DNA of 27,934 nt from Deferribacterales bacterium (GCA_050251875.1 JBFWMA010000010.1:1-27934), one strand, 5' to 3'; shown: positions 9,251 through 18,676, counted from the first letter of the stretch. Made by a program: numbers and translations. The notes: generated by a model from the letters alone, not told the origin.

Positions 9251-10080
9251 ATCGCGCCCTCCAGATCTTTTATCTTTTCATAGCAGAACACGGGTCCGTC
9301 CATACAGCAGTAATACTGATGTATCTGACAGTGACCGCATCTGCCCATGCCGCATTTCATATGTCTTTCCAGAGAAACATATATCCTGCTCTCCGGCATG
9401 CCCTTCTTCAGCAGTTCGGTGATGACGTATCTATACATCACCGGGGGACCGCAAACCACGGCGAACGTATTCTCCGGATTAATGGTGACGCCGGGGATGA
9501 GAGCCGTGATGAGTCCCACGTTCCCTTTCCAGTCGGGGTCTGATCTGTCCACAGTACAGCAGAAGTTTATATCCATCCTGCTGCCCCACTGGGCGACCTC
9601 AGAACCGAAAAGCATATTTTCGGGGCTTTTGCACCCCAGCAGAATATCTGTCCTGCCGAAATCCCTGCGCTCGTCCAGAACATAGTTCACCAGAGACCGC
9701 AGAGGAGCTATCCCCAGACCTCCGGCAACGAATATCAGATCACGACCTTTCAGCAGATTCACCGGGAATCCCACGCCGAAAGGTCCTCGGATGCCTACCT
9801 CGTCCCCCACTTTCAGATCGTGGAGCATGGATGTCATGCGCCCCACTTTTCTGATGCACAGCTCGAACGTCTCCTGATTGGTGGGTGACGAACAGACGGA
9901 TATGGGCGCCTCGCCCGCTCCGAACATAGACACCTGAACAAACTGTCCCGGCTCGTGGTCGAGACTCTCGCCGTTTTTCAGCCGGATTTCATACATTTTT
10001 TCCGTGGCTGTCATCGGTGTTATCTTTATTATCTCGGCCTTCATAATCTCATAGCCGGATTTTTTTAACGGTATTCTCAT
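9247..10080 (-). CDS. Group 3b hydrogenase FAD/NAD(P)-binding (gamma) subunit, AsrB-like
   Basis: PGQFVQVS, RGPFGVGF, AGGLGIAPLRS, CGPPVM, ERHMKCGMGRCGHC, CMDGPVF. ATG 10080 overlaps the beta-subunit stop (ATGA). Confidence 0.93.
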   Translation of the reverse strand: MRIPLKKSGYEIMKAEIIKITPMTATEKMYEIRLKNGESLDHEPGQFVQVSMFGAGEAPISVCSSPTNQETFELCIRKVGRMTSMLHDLKVGDEVGIRGPFGVGFPVNLLKGRDLIFVAGGLGIAPLRSLVNYVLDERRDFGRTDILLGCKSPENMLFGSEVAQWGSRMDINFCCTVDRSDPDWKGNVGLITALIPGVTINPENTFAVVCGPPVMYRYVITELLKKGMPESRIYVSLERHMKCGMGRCGHCQIHQYYCCMDGPVFCYEKIKDLEGAI

Positions 10081-11117
10081 AGTTCGCCCCATGAGCTTTT
10101 CAGTTTTGATATGGTCTCTTTCAGGTTGATGGACGCCATGCACTGACGGCTGCATCTGCCGCACCCGGTGCAGAAAAATTTGCCGTATCTGTCCACGGGA
10201 TATTTGAATTTTCTGAAAAACCTGTGTCTTACTCTCTGCGCCCTTTTTTCTCTGAAATTTTCTCCGCCAGCCACCAGAGCGAACGATTCGTTCTGACATG
10301 AATCCCAGATACGGATCCTGTGCCCCTTGTTCAGATTCAGCTCCGCCTCGTCCATAACATCGAAACAGTAACAGGTGGGGCATACATTGGTACAGTTTCC
10401 GCAGGAGAGACATTTCTCCGCTGTTCTGTCCCACACATGGCTGTCGAATCCCCACTCGAATATAGAGGGTATCTCTGACAGATTGACGTCTGTTTCGTTT
10501 TTGAAGAGTTTTTTCTTGTCGGTTCTGGCTTTTTTCAGGAGCTTTTCAGCCTCAGCGGAGACCGGCTCGAATCCGTCAAACATCGCCGTCATCTGTTCTC
10601 CGGCGAAGGTGTTTATATCGAAATAGTAATAGTCCCCGATATCGGTCATGAACAGGTCGTATCCGCCTGTGGGCGTGTGGGTGTTCATCAGCCCGCAGGA
10701 GGCGAACTGATCGCATTTATGCAGGCACTCATAGCCGATGAGCAGTATTTTGTCGTGGCGTGCCTGATAGTGATAGTCCTTCGGTCTGTCCATGAAGACA
10801 TGGTTCAGACACTGTATGCTGGCGATGTCGCAGGAGTGGACGCCCACTATAACCATAGGCTCCATCTCCACATACGCGTGCATATTCTGTCCGTCTGTGG
10901 TGTCGTACTCCAGCAGGGTTTCGTGCTGGGGAAGAAAATATTTCTTCGGGGGAAGGATGGTGGGGATATGGTTCAGACATATCTCGTCCGCCCCGTTCAC
11001 ATATTCGAATGTGAAGCTCTTTGTGCCCTTTTTTACAGGGGCGGCAACCTTATATTGTGTCAGGAGCTGTCTGACAAAACCGCCGAAGAGTTCTTTTTTC
11101 AGCAGTATATTTTTCAT
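10077..11117 (-). CDS. Group 3b hydrogenase 4Fe-4S (beta) subunit, AsrA-like
   Basis: LPPKKYFLP, GVHSCD, CLSCGNCTNVCPTCYCF, WDSC, CTGCGRCSRQC. Confidence 0.93.
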   Translation of the reverse strand: MKNILLKKELFGGFVRQLLTQYKVAAPVKKGTKSFTFEYVNGADEICLNHIPTILPPKKYFLPQHETLLEYDTTDGQNMHAYVEMEPMVIVGVHSCDIASIQCLNHVFMDRPKDYHYQARHDKILLIGYECLHKCDQFASCGLMNTHTPTGGYDLFMTDIGDYYYFDINTFAGEQMTAMFDGFEPVSAEAEKLLKKARTDKKKLFKNETDVNLSEIPSIFEWGFDSHVWDRTAEKCLSCGNCTNVCPTCYCFDVMDEAELNLNKGHRIRIWDSCQNESFALVAGGENFREKRAQRVRHRFFRKFKYPVDRYGKFFCTGCGRCSRQCMASINLKETISKLKSSWGEL

Positions 11118-11202
11118 AAAAACGCCCGCCTCTTGATATACTTGTTTGATTATACACTGAGAACGGGCGTTTAAATCAAGTCTTATATAAAAAATTTATT
11201 AT

Positions 11203-13182
11203 TCAAACGGTTCTGAATCTTCCTATCATATTGTTCAGATTGACCGCCTGCTGTTCCAGATATTCCACAGTCTCCGCTATCTGTCTGACCGCCGTGGCGC
11301 TCTCTGAGATGCCTATGGAGAATCTGGCGGTGTTGTCTGTGGAGTGGTTGATCGCCTCCGTCTGTTCGCCCACGGATACTATCACATAGTCGTTAGCCGC
11401 CTTAACAGCGGACACAGACTCCTCTATCCTGCTGAACATTATGTTGGTCTCTTCTATCACGCTGACGCCTTTCAGAACGTTTTCCTGAGCCTCCGCCATG
11501 TCTTTATCAGCGGAGCGGGCGTCTCTCAGCAGTTCCTGTATGATATCCACGATCTCTTTGGTGGATGACTGGGTCTTTTCCGCCAGTTTCCGCACCTCGT
11601 CCGCCACCACGGCGAATCCTCGTCCGGCATCGCCGGCTCTGGCGGCCTCTATAGCGGCGTTCAGCGCCAGCAGATTGGTCTGGTCGGCTATGTCTGATAT
11701 AGATCCCACGATATCCTCTATTTTTCCGGATGAGACATTCAGCCTGCCTATCGTATCCGACAGGGTGTTTGTGCTCTCTTTTATGCTGTTCATCATCCTG
11801 ATGGCGTCTTTCAGCTGTCTGCTGCCCTCGCCTGTGTATTCATAGGCTTTCGCTGTCACTTCCTGCACATCTGTTATGTGATTATTGATTGATCCGGATG
11901 TTGCGTTCATCTCCTCCATGGCGGAGGCGATATCGTTCACCTGTCCTGTCTGCTCGGCGAATGTGCCGGAGAGCTGTTCCGCTGTGGCGGAGAGTTCCTC
12001 GCTGCTGGATGCCAGAGTGTTGGACGATTCCTTAACCTCGGCGACTATCTCCTCTATGCCCGATATGAAGGTGTTGATATTGTCCGCCAGCTCACCCATC
12101 TCGTCACTTTTCTCCACCTTTATCCTGCGGGTCAGATCAGCCTCTCCGCTGTTCAGCTCCGCAGTCAGATTTATCAGATTCCTGATATTTCTCAGCACGG
12201 ATAAAAGTATGATATACATCAGAGTAAACATGGCGCTCAGCGACAGAAGAGTCAGCAGGGTATTGAAGATCAGTCCGTTTCTGGCGGACGACAGAAGAGA
12301 TGACGCTGACGTATCGATCTCTTTAGCTATTTCATCATCTATCTTCTTCAGAACGTTTATCTTTTTTGTGATTGTTTCGAACCATTCATTAGGATCAACG
12401 CCGAATACGCCTGTCTGCGCCCTGTTCATGGCGATATCCCGCATCTCCTGAACTCTGGCGAATGATTCGTCTTTCGAGGCGGCGGAATAGACATCCAGCA
12501 GATGCGAATCTGCCACACCCATAAAAACGCTGATGTATGTGTCCTGCTGAGCTGTCAGCGATATGAATTTTGCCAGCATACCGTCACCGAAGGCGTCCTT
12601 GGAGAATGTATTGGTTAATACCGCACGCTCTATGCCCGCCCTCTCCTTCGCCTCCAGAAAGTCAGCGTATGCCTGCATCATTCTGGTGATGTCTGCGTTC
12701 TGCGTTAATGAAGACGCCCTGTATACAGTGTCCAGCAGTTTTGTGTTGTTTTTGGTATAAAACGCTATGGCATCGGATGCTGAGATGCTCAGCGAATCCA
12801 CTTGCGAGCGTATCTGGCTAAGCCCGTTCAGAGCGCTGGTGACTTCATTTATCCGTGTCAGTATCTCTGCCGGTATTTTTGCTGAGTTATCAGACAGAAA
12901 CTTCTTCAGCTCTTCCAGACGCTTATCCGATTCTGTTCTCTGGGTCTTTATTTCACTGGAAAATTTCCCGCCCTGACTGCCGATATATCCGGCTGTCATG
13001 CCCCTCTCTTTCTGCAGTTCATGCACCAGTCTGCTGACATATCCGGAAGACTGCACCATGGTTCTGATGGCGCTCATACCGCTGTAAACACGAAAATCGC
13101 TTACCGTAGCACTCATGGAATAAAAAAGTAAAGCTGTGACAGGAATAATTAATGCGTAGATCACCTTTTTCTTTATAGTCAC
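11203..13182 (-). CDS. Methyl-accepting chemotaxis protein with NIT (nitrate/nitrite-sensing) periplasmic domain
   Basis: TM helix, [15 protein letters not shown] and [11 protein letters not shown] (NIT hallmarks), second TM helix, [45 protein letters not shown] start 13182 after GGGGG. Confidence 0.9.
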   Translation of the reverse strand: MTIKKKVIYALIIPVTALLFYSMSATVSDFRVYSGMSAIRTMVQSSGYVSRLVHELQKERGMTAGYIGSQGGKFSSEIKTQRTESDKRLEELKKFLSDNSAKIPAEILTRINEVTSALNGLSQIRSQVDSLSISASDAIAFYTKNNTKLLDTVYRASSLTQNADITRMMQAYADFLEAKERAGIERAVLTNTFSKDAFGDGMLAKFISLTAQQDTYISVFMGVADSHLLDVYSAASKDESFARVQEMRDIAMNRAQTGVFGVDPNEWFETITKKINVLKKIDDEIAKEIDTSASSLLSSARNGLIFNTLLTLLSLSAMFTLMYIILLSVLRNIRNLINLTAELNSGEADLTRRIKVEKSDEMGELADNINTFISGIEEIVAEVKESSNTLASSSEELSATAEQLSGTFAEQTGQVNDIASAMEEMNATSGSINNHITDVQEVTAKAYEYTGEGSRQLKDAIRMMNSIKESTNTLSDTIGRLNVSSGKIEDIVGSISDIADQTNLLALNAAIEAARAGDAGRGFAVVADEVRKLAEKTQSSTKEIVDIIQELLRDARSADKDMAEAQENVLKGVSVIEETNIMFSRIEESVSAVKAANDYVIVSVGEQTEAINHSTDNTARFSIGISESATAVRQIAETVEYLEQQAVNLNNMIGRFRTV

Positions 13183-13210
13183 TTTAAACCCCCATTTGAA
13201 TGTGACTAAT

Positions 13211-13239
13211 ATAGTATCATTCGATATTTCTATATACAA
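13211..13239 (-). promoter_or_regulatory. Sigma70-type promoter of the MCP gene
   Basis: TTGTAT, 17-nt spacer ending in TGa, TACTAT on the minus strand. Confidence 0.5.
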
Positions 13240-13265
13240 TGTAAAGAATGGGTGAAATATGTTAA

Positions 13266-13293
13266 GAAAGTTAAGGCGGAGATTAACTCCGCC
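13266..13293 (-). terminator. Probable intrinsic terminator after metY
   Basis: GGCGGAG-TTAAT-CTCCGCC followed by TTAACTTTC, immediately after the metY stop. Confidence 0.6.
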
Positions 13294-13298
13294 CACTT

Positions 13299-14579
13299 TT
13301 ATTGAAGCGCCTGTTTCAGATCGTTGATTATATCTTCCGGTTCTTCTATACCTATGGACAGGCGGATGAAATCATCGGAAATTCCGGAAGCCTTTTTATC
13401 GGCGTCGGACAGCTGGCTGTGTGTTGTGGCGGACGGCTGTATTATCAGCGAACGGGCATCGCCTATGTTGGCGAGATGCGAGAACAGCTTAACCCTGTTC
13501 ACCACCTCTTTTCCCTCTTCCAGACCTCCCTTCACACCGAAACCGATGATGGCGCCCGCTCCGTATTTAAAATATTTTTCGGCTCTGGCGCTATCCTTAT
13601 GGCTCTTAAGCCCGGGATAGTTCACCCATGACACTTGCGGGTGATTTTCCAGAAACTCCGCCACAGCCTTGGCGTTCTCCACATGTTTTCTGATACGCAG
13701 AGGCAGTGTCTCCAGCCCCAGAATTATCTGGTGGGAATTAAACGGACTGATGCATGCTCCCAGATCACGCAGAAGCTGAAGCCTCGCCTTGATGCTGTAT
13801 GCGACGCCCCGCACCAGCGCCTTGTCATGGCTGCCGAACGTGTCCCAGTAGTTCAGTCCGTGATAGCTCTCGTCCGGTTCGGACAATCCCGGGAATTTGC
13901 CGTTGTTCCAGTTAAAATCGCCCTTCTCAACTATAGCTCCGCCTATGGAAGTGCCGTTACCGCATATATATTTGCTCAGTGAAAAAACGGTGATATCCGC
14001 CCCGTGTTCGAACGGATTGAATATATAGGGCGCAACCGTGTTGTCCACTATCAGCGGAACGCCTATACTGTGGGCAAGTTCCGCTATTCTGTCTATGTCG
14101 TCCAGATTGTTAGCCGGGTTACCTATGGTCTCTATGTAGAATGCTTTTGTTTTTTCATCCGCCGCCTTGATATAATTTTCAGGATTGGACGAATCCACAA
14201 AACGAACGTCTATTCCGAATCTTTTGAAAGTGTATTTGAACAGATTGTATGTTCCGCCGTAGAGGCTGGTGGTGCTGACGATATTGTCTCCGGCGGAGGC
14301 GATGTTCAGTATGCTGCTGCTGACTGCCGCCGCTCCCGAAGACAGCACAACTGCCGCCGTGCCGCCGGTCAGCGCCGCCAGACGTTTTTCCAGCACATCA
14401 GTGGTGGGATTGCCCAGACGGGTGTATATATTGCCGAATTCTTTCAGACCGAACAGGTTTGACGCATGTTCGTCCGATTTGAAAACATAGCTGGTGGTCT
14501 GATATAAAGGAACAGCTCTGGAGCCGTCTTCGTTCGGTGTGTATCCGCCGTGTAAAAGTTCTGTATCTATAGCGCTCAT
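13299..14579 (-). CDS. metY: O-acetylhomoserine sulfhydrylase (aminocarboxypropyltransferase)
   Basis: [32 protein letters not shown]-lysine [35 protein letters not shown] 14579 after GGGAGA. Confidence 0.93.
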   Translation of the reverse strand: MSAIDTELLHGGYTPNEDGSRAVPLYQTTSYVFKSDEHASNLFGLKEFGNIYTRLGNPTTDVLEKRLAALTGGTAAVVLSSGAAAVSSSILNIASAGDNIVSTTSLYGGTYNLFKYTFKRFGIDVRFVDSSNPENYIKAADEKTKAFYIETIGNPANNLDDIDRIAELAHSIGVPLIVDNTVAPYIFNPFEHGADITVFSLSKYICGNGTSIGGAIVEKGDFNWNNGKFPGLSEPDESYHGLNYWDTFGSHDKALVRGVAYSIKARLQLLRDLGACISPFNSHQIILGLETLPLRIRKHVENAKAVAEFLENHPQVSWVNYPGLKSHKDSARAEKYFKYGAGAIIGFGVKGGLEEGKEVVNRVKLFSHLANIGDARSLIIQPSATTHSQLSDADKKASGISDDFIRLSIGIEEPEDIINDLKQALQ

Positions 14580-14603
14580 GATAATTCTCCCATGTAATGA
14601 ATT

Positions 14604-14638
14604 AGATTGCTTCGTCACTTACGTTTCTCGCAATGACG
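14604..14638. repeat. Half CGTC-type REP-like palindrome in the metY 5' leader
   Basis: AGATTGCTTCGTCACTTACGTTTCTCGCAATGACG resembles the right halves of the 88-bp units at 8269-8433. Confidence 0.7.
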
Positions 14639-14699
14639 TAGTCCAGGTGGTTAGCCTGAAAACAAATGGGTAAAATTGTGGTGATTGGGTTATTAAATA

Positions 14700-14810
14700 T
14701 TACGCACGGAAGCCGTGCATCATCATAGAAGAAGACATGGACATAAGGGTAGTGTTTGATTTTGCAGACACGTCAGAAAGTGTGTTGGTAGCGTTTTTTA
14801 AATCGTACAC
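14700..14810 (-). CDS. Candidate Met-rich leader peptide of metY (36 aa, MYDLKNATNTLSDVSAKSNTTLMSMSSSMMMHGFRA)
   Basis: AAGGTGA SD and GTG start. Five Met codons within nine positions near the C-terminus. Lies between a promoter and metY. Confidence 0.75.
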   Translation of the reverse strand: MYDLKNATNTLSDVSAKSNTTLMSMSSSMMMHGFRA

Positions 14811-14827
14811 TTTTCACCTTTCAAGAG

Positions 14828-14855
14828 ATGATAGCTCTATAAAAAATAACTTCAA
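14828..14855 (-). promoter_or_regulatory. Sigma70-type promoter of the leader-metY transcript
   Basis: TTGAAG (14855-14850), 16-nt spacer, TATCAT (14833-14828). Just downstream of the ilvC terminator and just upstream of the leader SD. Confidence 0.6.
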
Positions 14856-14878
14856 GACTTTTTTTGTATTTTTCTGAT

Positions 14879-14905
14879 AAAAAAAGGCGGACAAAACGCC
14901 CGCCT
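14879..14905 (-). terminator. Intrinsic terminator of ilvBNC
   Basis: AGGCGGGC-GTTTT-GTCCGCCT followed by a T run on the minus strand, 26 nt after the ilvC stop. Confidence 0.85.
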
Positions 14906-14931
14906 CATTTAAAAGTATCGTATAAATAATC

Positions 14932-15948
<1,017 letters not shown>

Positions 15949-15993
15949 TTAGTATGTCCTCCAAAATATATAAAAGAACTTGTTCTCATCATA

Positions 15994-16100
15994 CGTCACT
16001 GCGAGAAAGATTTATCTGACGAAGCAGTCTCATGAGATGAAGACGAATAAATTCGTCATTTTCCGCTTCACTTCAAAAGCTTCGCTATGCTCGCAATGAC
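15994..16100. repeat. CGTC-type REP-like element with internal palindromes between ilvN and ilvC
   Basis: Ends CGTCACTGCGAG ... CTCGCAATGAC. Internal TCTCATGAGA and GACGAAT-AA-ATTCGTC. Confidence 0.7.
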
Positions 16101-16113
16101 TGGCGAAGCGGTG

Positions 16114-16614
16114 TTATTTTGCCTCGCTGGTGGTCTTTGCTCCACGGGAAACCGCTATGGCTCCTGTGCGCACAACCTCTATCACGCCATAGGGTTCCAT
16201 CACATTGAGAAACGCCAGAATCTTGTCGTTTGCTCCTGTCAGCTCTATTACCACTGATTCGTTGGTGATGTCTACAGTTTTGCCTCTGAAAGTGTTCACT
16301 ATGTTGAACACATCGGGTCTTGTTCTCTGTGTGGCGTGCACTTTCACCAGAATCATCTCACGCTCGATGTGGTCCATCTCGCTGACGTTGCGCACACGCA
16401 GAACGTTCACCAGCTTTCTCAGCTGTTTGATTATCTGCTCTACTATGCGGTCATCGCCTATAGTCACGATAGTCATTATGGATATGTTTTCGTCTGTTGT
16501 TTTGTTAACAGACAAAGACTCAATGTTATATCCCCTGCCGCTGAAAAGACCTGCTATGCGGGCAAGAACGCCGAATTTGTTTTCTACAAGTACGGATATT
16601 GTATGTCTCATCAT
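16114..16614 (-). CDS. ilvN: Acetolactate synthase small (regulatory) subunit
   Basis: RHTISVLVENKFGVLARIAGLFSGRGYNIESLSV, EQIIKQLRKLVNV, VRTGAIAVSRG. Confidence 0.97.
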   Translation of the reverse strand: MMRHTISVLVENKFGVLARIAGLFSGRGYNIESLSVNKTTDENISIMTIVTIGDDRIVEQIIKQLRKLVNVLRVRNVSEMDHIEREMILVKVHATQRTRPDVFNIVNTFRGKTVDITNESVVIELTGANDKILAFLNVMEPYGVIEVVRTGAIAVSRGAKTTSEAK

Positions 16615-16627
16615 GTTCCTGCCTCCC

Positions 16628-18319
16628 TTATTTCAGCAGCATTTCGTTAACGGCAGCGCCGGCGGGTATCATGGGGAAAACGTTTTCATCCCTGTCCACG
16701 GTGAAGTCCATGATAACAGGTCTGTCTTTGATCTTCAGAGATTCTTTGATGGCGTTTTCCACATCCGACTTCTTGTCTATGCGCATGCCCACAGCGCCGA
16801 AAGATTCGGCGAGCTTAACGAAATCAGGCTGGCAGTCCAGACAGCAGTGGCTGTATCTGTTGTTGAAGAACATGTTCTGCCACTGGCGGATCATGCCCAG
16901 ATATTTGTTGTTCAGGATGGCAACCTTAACGGCGATGTTGTACTGCATGGCGGTACATATCTCCTGAAGGTTCATCATGAAAGAGCCGTCTCCGGCTATG
17001 TCGAATACTTCTTTATCAGGCATGCCCAGCTTAGCGCCCACAGCGGCGGGAAAACCGAATCCCATTGTGCCGAGACCGCCGGAGGAGATGAACTGTCTGG
17101 GGGACTTGAACTTATAGAACTGTCCTGCCCACATCTGGTTCTGTCCTACCTCGGTGCAGATGATGGCATCGCCTTTGGTAACTTTGTATATTGACTCAAC
17201 AACATACTGAGGTTTGATGACGTCAGCTTTTCTGTCGTAGTCGAAGGGATGTTCCTTGTCCCATGCCCTTATCTTGGCGAACCAGTCTTTTCTGGGCTGC
17301 GCCATTTTATCCCAGTTATATTTGTCTATCTCGCCCAGCGCCTGTTTAAGAACGGCTTTGCAGTCGCCCACGATGGGGACTTCGATCACAACGTTCTTGC
17401 TGATGCTGGCGGGGTCAACGTCTATATGAGCGATCTTGGCATCGGGAGCGAATCCGCTGATGCGTCCTGTCGATCTGTCGGAAAAACGTGTTCCGATGGC
17501 GAGGATGAAGTCCGGCTCAGCCATTGCCATGTTAGAGGCATAGTTGCCGTGCATTCCGAGCCATCCCACGAAGTTTTCGTGTGTGCCGGGGAAACCGCCG
17601 AGACCGAGGAAAGATGAGATAACGGGAACGCCTGTTATCTCGCTGAATTTTACCAGCTCTTCATTAGCCTCAGATGAAACAACGCCTCCGCCCATGTATA
17701 TCAGCGGTTTTTTAGCTGATTCGAGCATGCGGAGCATTTTTTTGATCTGTCCGAGGTGACCCTTAACAGTGGGGTTGTATCCGGGCAGATTAACTTTATC
17801 CGGCCATTCAAATTTTGTTTTGGCAGACATAACGTCTTTGGGCAGGTCGATAACGACAGGTCCGGGACGTCCTGTTCTTGCTATGTGAAAGGCTTCCTTG
17901 ATGACCTTCGCAGTGTCTTCGACATTCGTCAGCATGTAGCTGTGCTTAACGATAGGTCTGGTGATGCCTATGATATCCGCTTCCTGAAACGCGTCTCCGC
18001 CGATGAGGTTTGTAGCCACCTGTCCGGTGAAAACAACCAGAGGGATAGAATCCATCTGAGCGTTGGCGATACCTGTCACAAGGTTGGTGGCGCCGGGACC
18101 TGATGTTCCGAAACAAACGCCTACTTTTCCTGTGGCTCTGGCATAGCCGTCCGCGGCGTGGATACCGCCCTGTTCGTGTCTGGGGAGAATGTGTTTAACT
18201 TCCTGAGAATCGAAAAGTGTGTCGTATACACCGAGAAGAACGCCGCCCGGGTATCCGAAAATGATGTCGACCCCTTCTTTCATAAGGGATTCGACGAGGA
18301 TTTGAGCTCCTGTCATCAT
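16628..18319 (-). CDS. ilvB: Acetolactate synthase large subunit
   Basis: MTGAQIL, FGYPGG, RHEQG, TSGPGATNLVTG, GMHG, TEVGQNQMW, SGGLGTMGFG, GDGSFMMN. ATG 18319 after GGAG. Confidence 0.97.
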   Translation of the reverse strand: MMTGAQILVESLMKEGVDIIFGYPGGVLLGVYDTLFDSQEVKHILPRHEQGGIHAADGYARATGKVGVCFGTSGPGATNLVTGIANAQMDSIPLVVFTGQVATNLIGGDAFQEADIIGITRPIVKHSYMLTNVEDTAKVIKEAFHIARTGRPGPVVIDLPKDVMSAKTKFEWPDKVNLPGYNPTVKGHLGQIKKMLRMLESAKKPLIYMGGGVVSSEANEELVKFSEITGVPVISSFLGLGGFPGTHENFVGWLGMHGNYASNMAMAEPDFILAIGTRFSDRSTGRISGFAPDAKIAHIDVDPASISKNVVIEVPIVGDCKAVLKQALGEIDKYNWDKMAQPRKDWFAKIRAWDKEHPFDYDRKADVIKPQYVVESIYKVTKGDAIICTEVGQNQMWAGQFYKFKSPRQFISSGGLGTMGFGFPAAVGAKLGMPDKEVFDIAGDGSFMMNLQEICTAMQYNIAVKVAILNNKYLGMIRQWQNMFFNNRYSHCCLDCQPDFVKLAESFGAVGMRIDKKSDVENAIKESLKIKDRPVIMDFTVDRDENVFPMIPAGAAVNEMLLK

Positions 18320-18324
18320 ATTAA

Positions 18325-18640
18325 ACTCCATAATAGATATTTGGTCTGCCGGCCTGTGTAAACTGTTTTGACAACAGCCCACCTACTCCGGATCGGCAGC
18401 CTTTTATATCAAAGAGAGTGTCTCGGATTCTGTCACGGACATTCACCTTAACCGCCGGGGCTTTTTGTCCCGGTCTGCTCTCTTTAAATACGTCTAACAA
18501 CTTATTTTCGGAAAAAGTTAGTCCTAAACTTTTTCCGCCAACGCTCCGCATGGAATCAATCCACACTTCGCTCACGTTTCGCTTTCGCTCCACGAACCGC
18601 ATCCTGCGGTTTTTGGGCTAATCAGCCCTGAAATTTTTTG
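18325..18640 (-). promoter_or_regulatory. Long structured 5' leader of ilvB (candidate attenuator or riboswitch-like element)
   Basis: About 320 nt between the predicted promoter and ATG. Contains multiple hairpins, alternative pairings involving the SD, and a 12-codon mini-ORF at 18404-18442. Confidence 0.5.
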
Positions 18641-18647
18641 GTCTGGC

Positions 18648-18676
18648 ATCCTATCACAGCAAGATTCATATTTCAA
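18648..18676 (-). promoter_or_regulatory. Sigma70-type promoter of ilvBNC
   Basis: TTGAAA, 17-nt spacer ending in TGa, TAGGAT on the minus strand. Confidence 0.55.

Noticed and set aside
10081..10455. N-terminal extension of the gamma-subunit ORF in the ORF track
   Set aside because: It overlaps the beta-subunit gene. The ATGA-coupled start at 10080 fits the family length.
9247..11117. Anaerobic sulfite reductase asrAB
   Set aside because: No AsrC is present. The adjacent [NiFe] small and large subunits and protease identify these genes as group 3b hydrogenase subunits.
11119..11132. 14-mer AAAACGCCCGCCTC shared with the ilvC terminator (14893-14906)
   Set aside because: Only two copies, in unrelated contexts (RBS versus terminator arm). 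Plausibly chance.
11133..11179. FNR box upstream of the hydrogenase operon
   Set aside because: TTGAT and ATCAA half-sites are present but not at the required 4-nt spacing.
14580..14830. SAM-I riboswitch or T-box upstream of metY
   Set aside because: No AUC..GAG / GCAACC / GAU core and no GGTGGnACC T-box motif is visible.
16205..17194. Long plus-strand ORFs (also 1503-2261, 2464-3294, 7040-7654, and 19875-20588 on the minus strand)
   Set aside because: These are antisense shadows of well-supported genes and carry no motifs.
18321..18602. 93-aa minus-strand ORF ending just before ilvB
   Set aside because: No clear SD, it runs through palindromic sequence and has no recognisable motif. Its stop lies 1 nt before the ilvB ATG, so it is not fully excluded.
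18325..18640. T-box, glycine or SAM-I riboswitch upstream of ilvB
   Set aside because: Only scattered fragments match. The T-box motif, GCCGAAG and GCAACC are absent, and there is no hairpin-plus-U-tract terminator.
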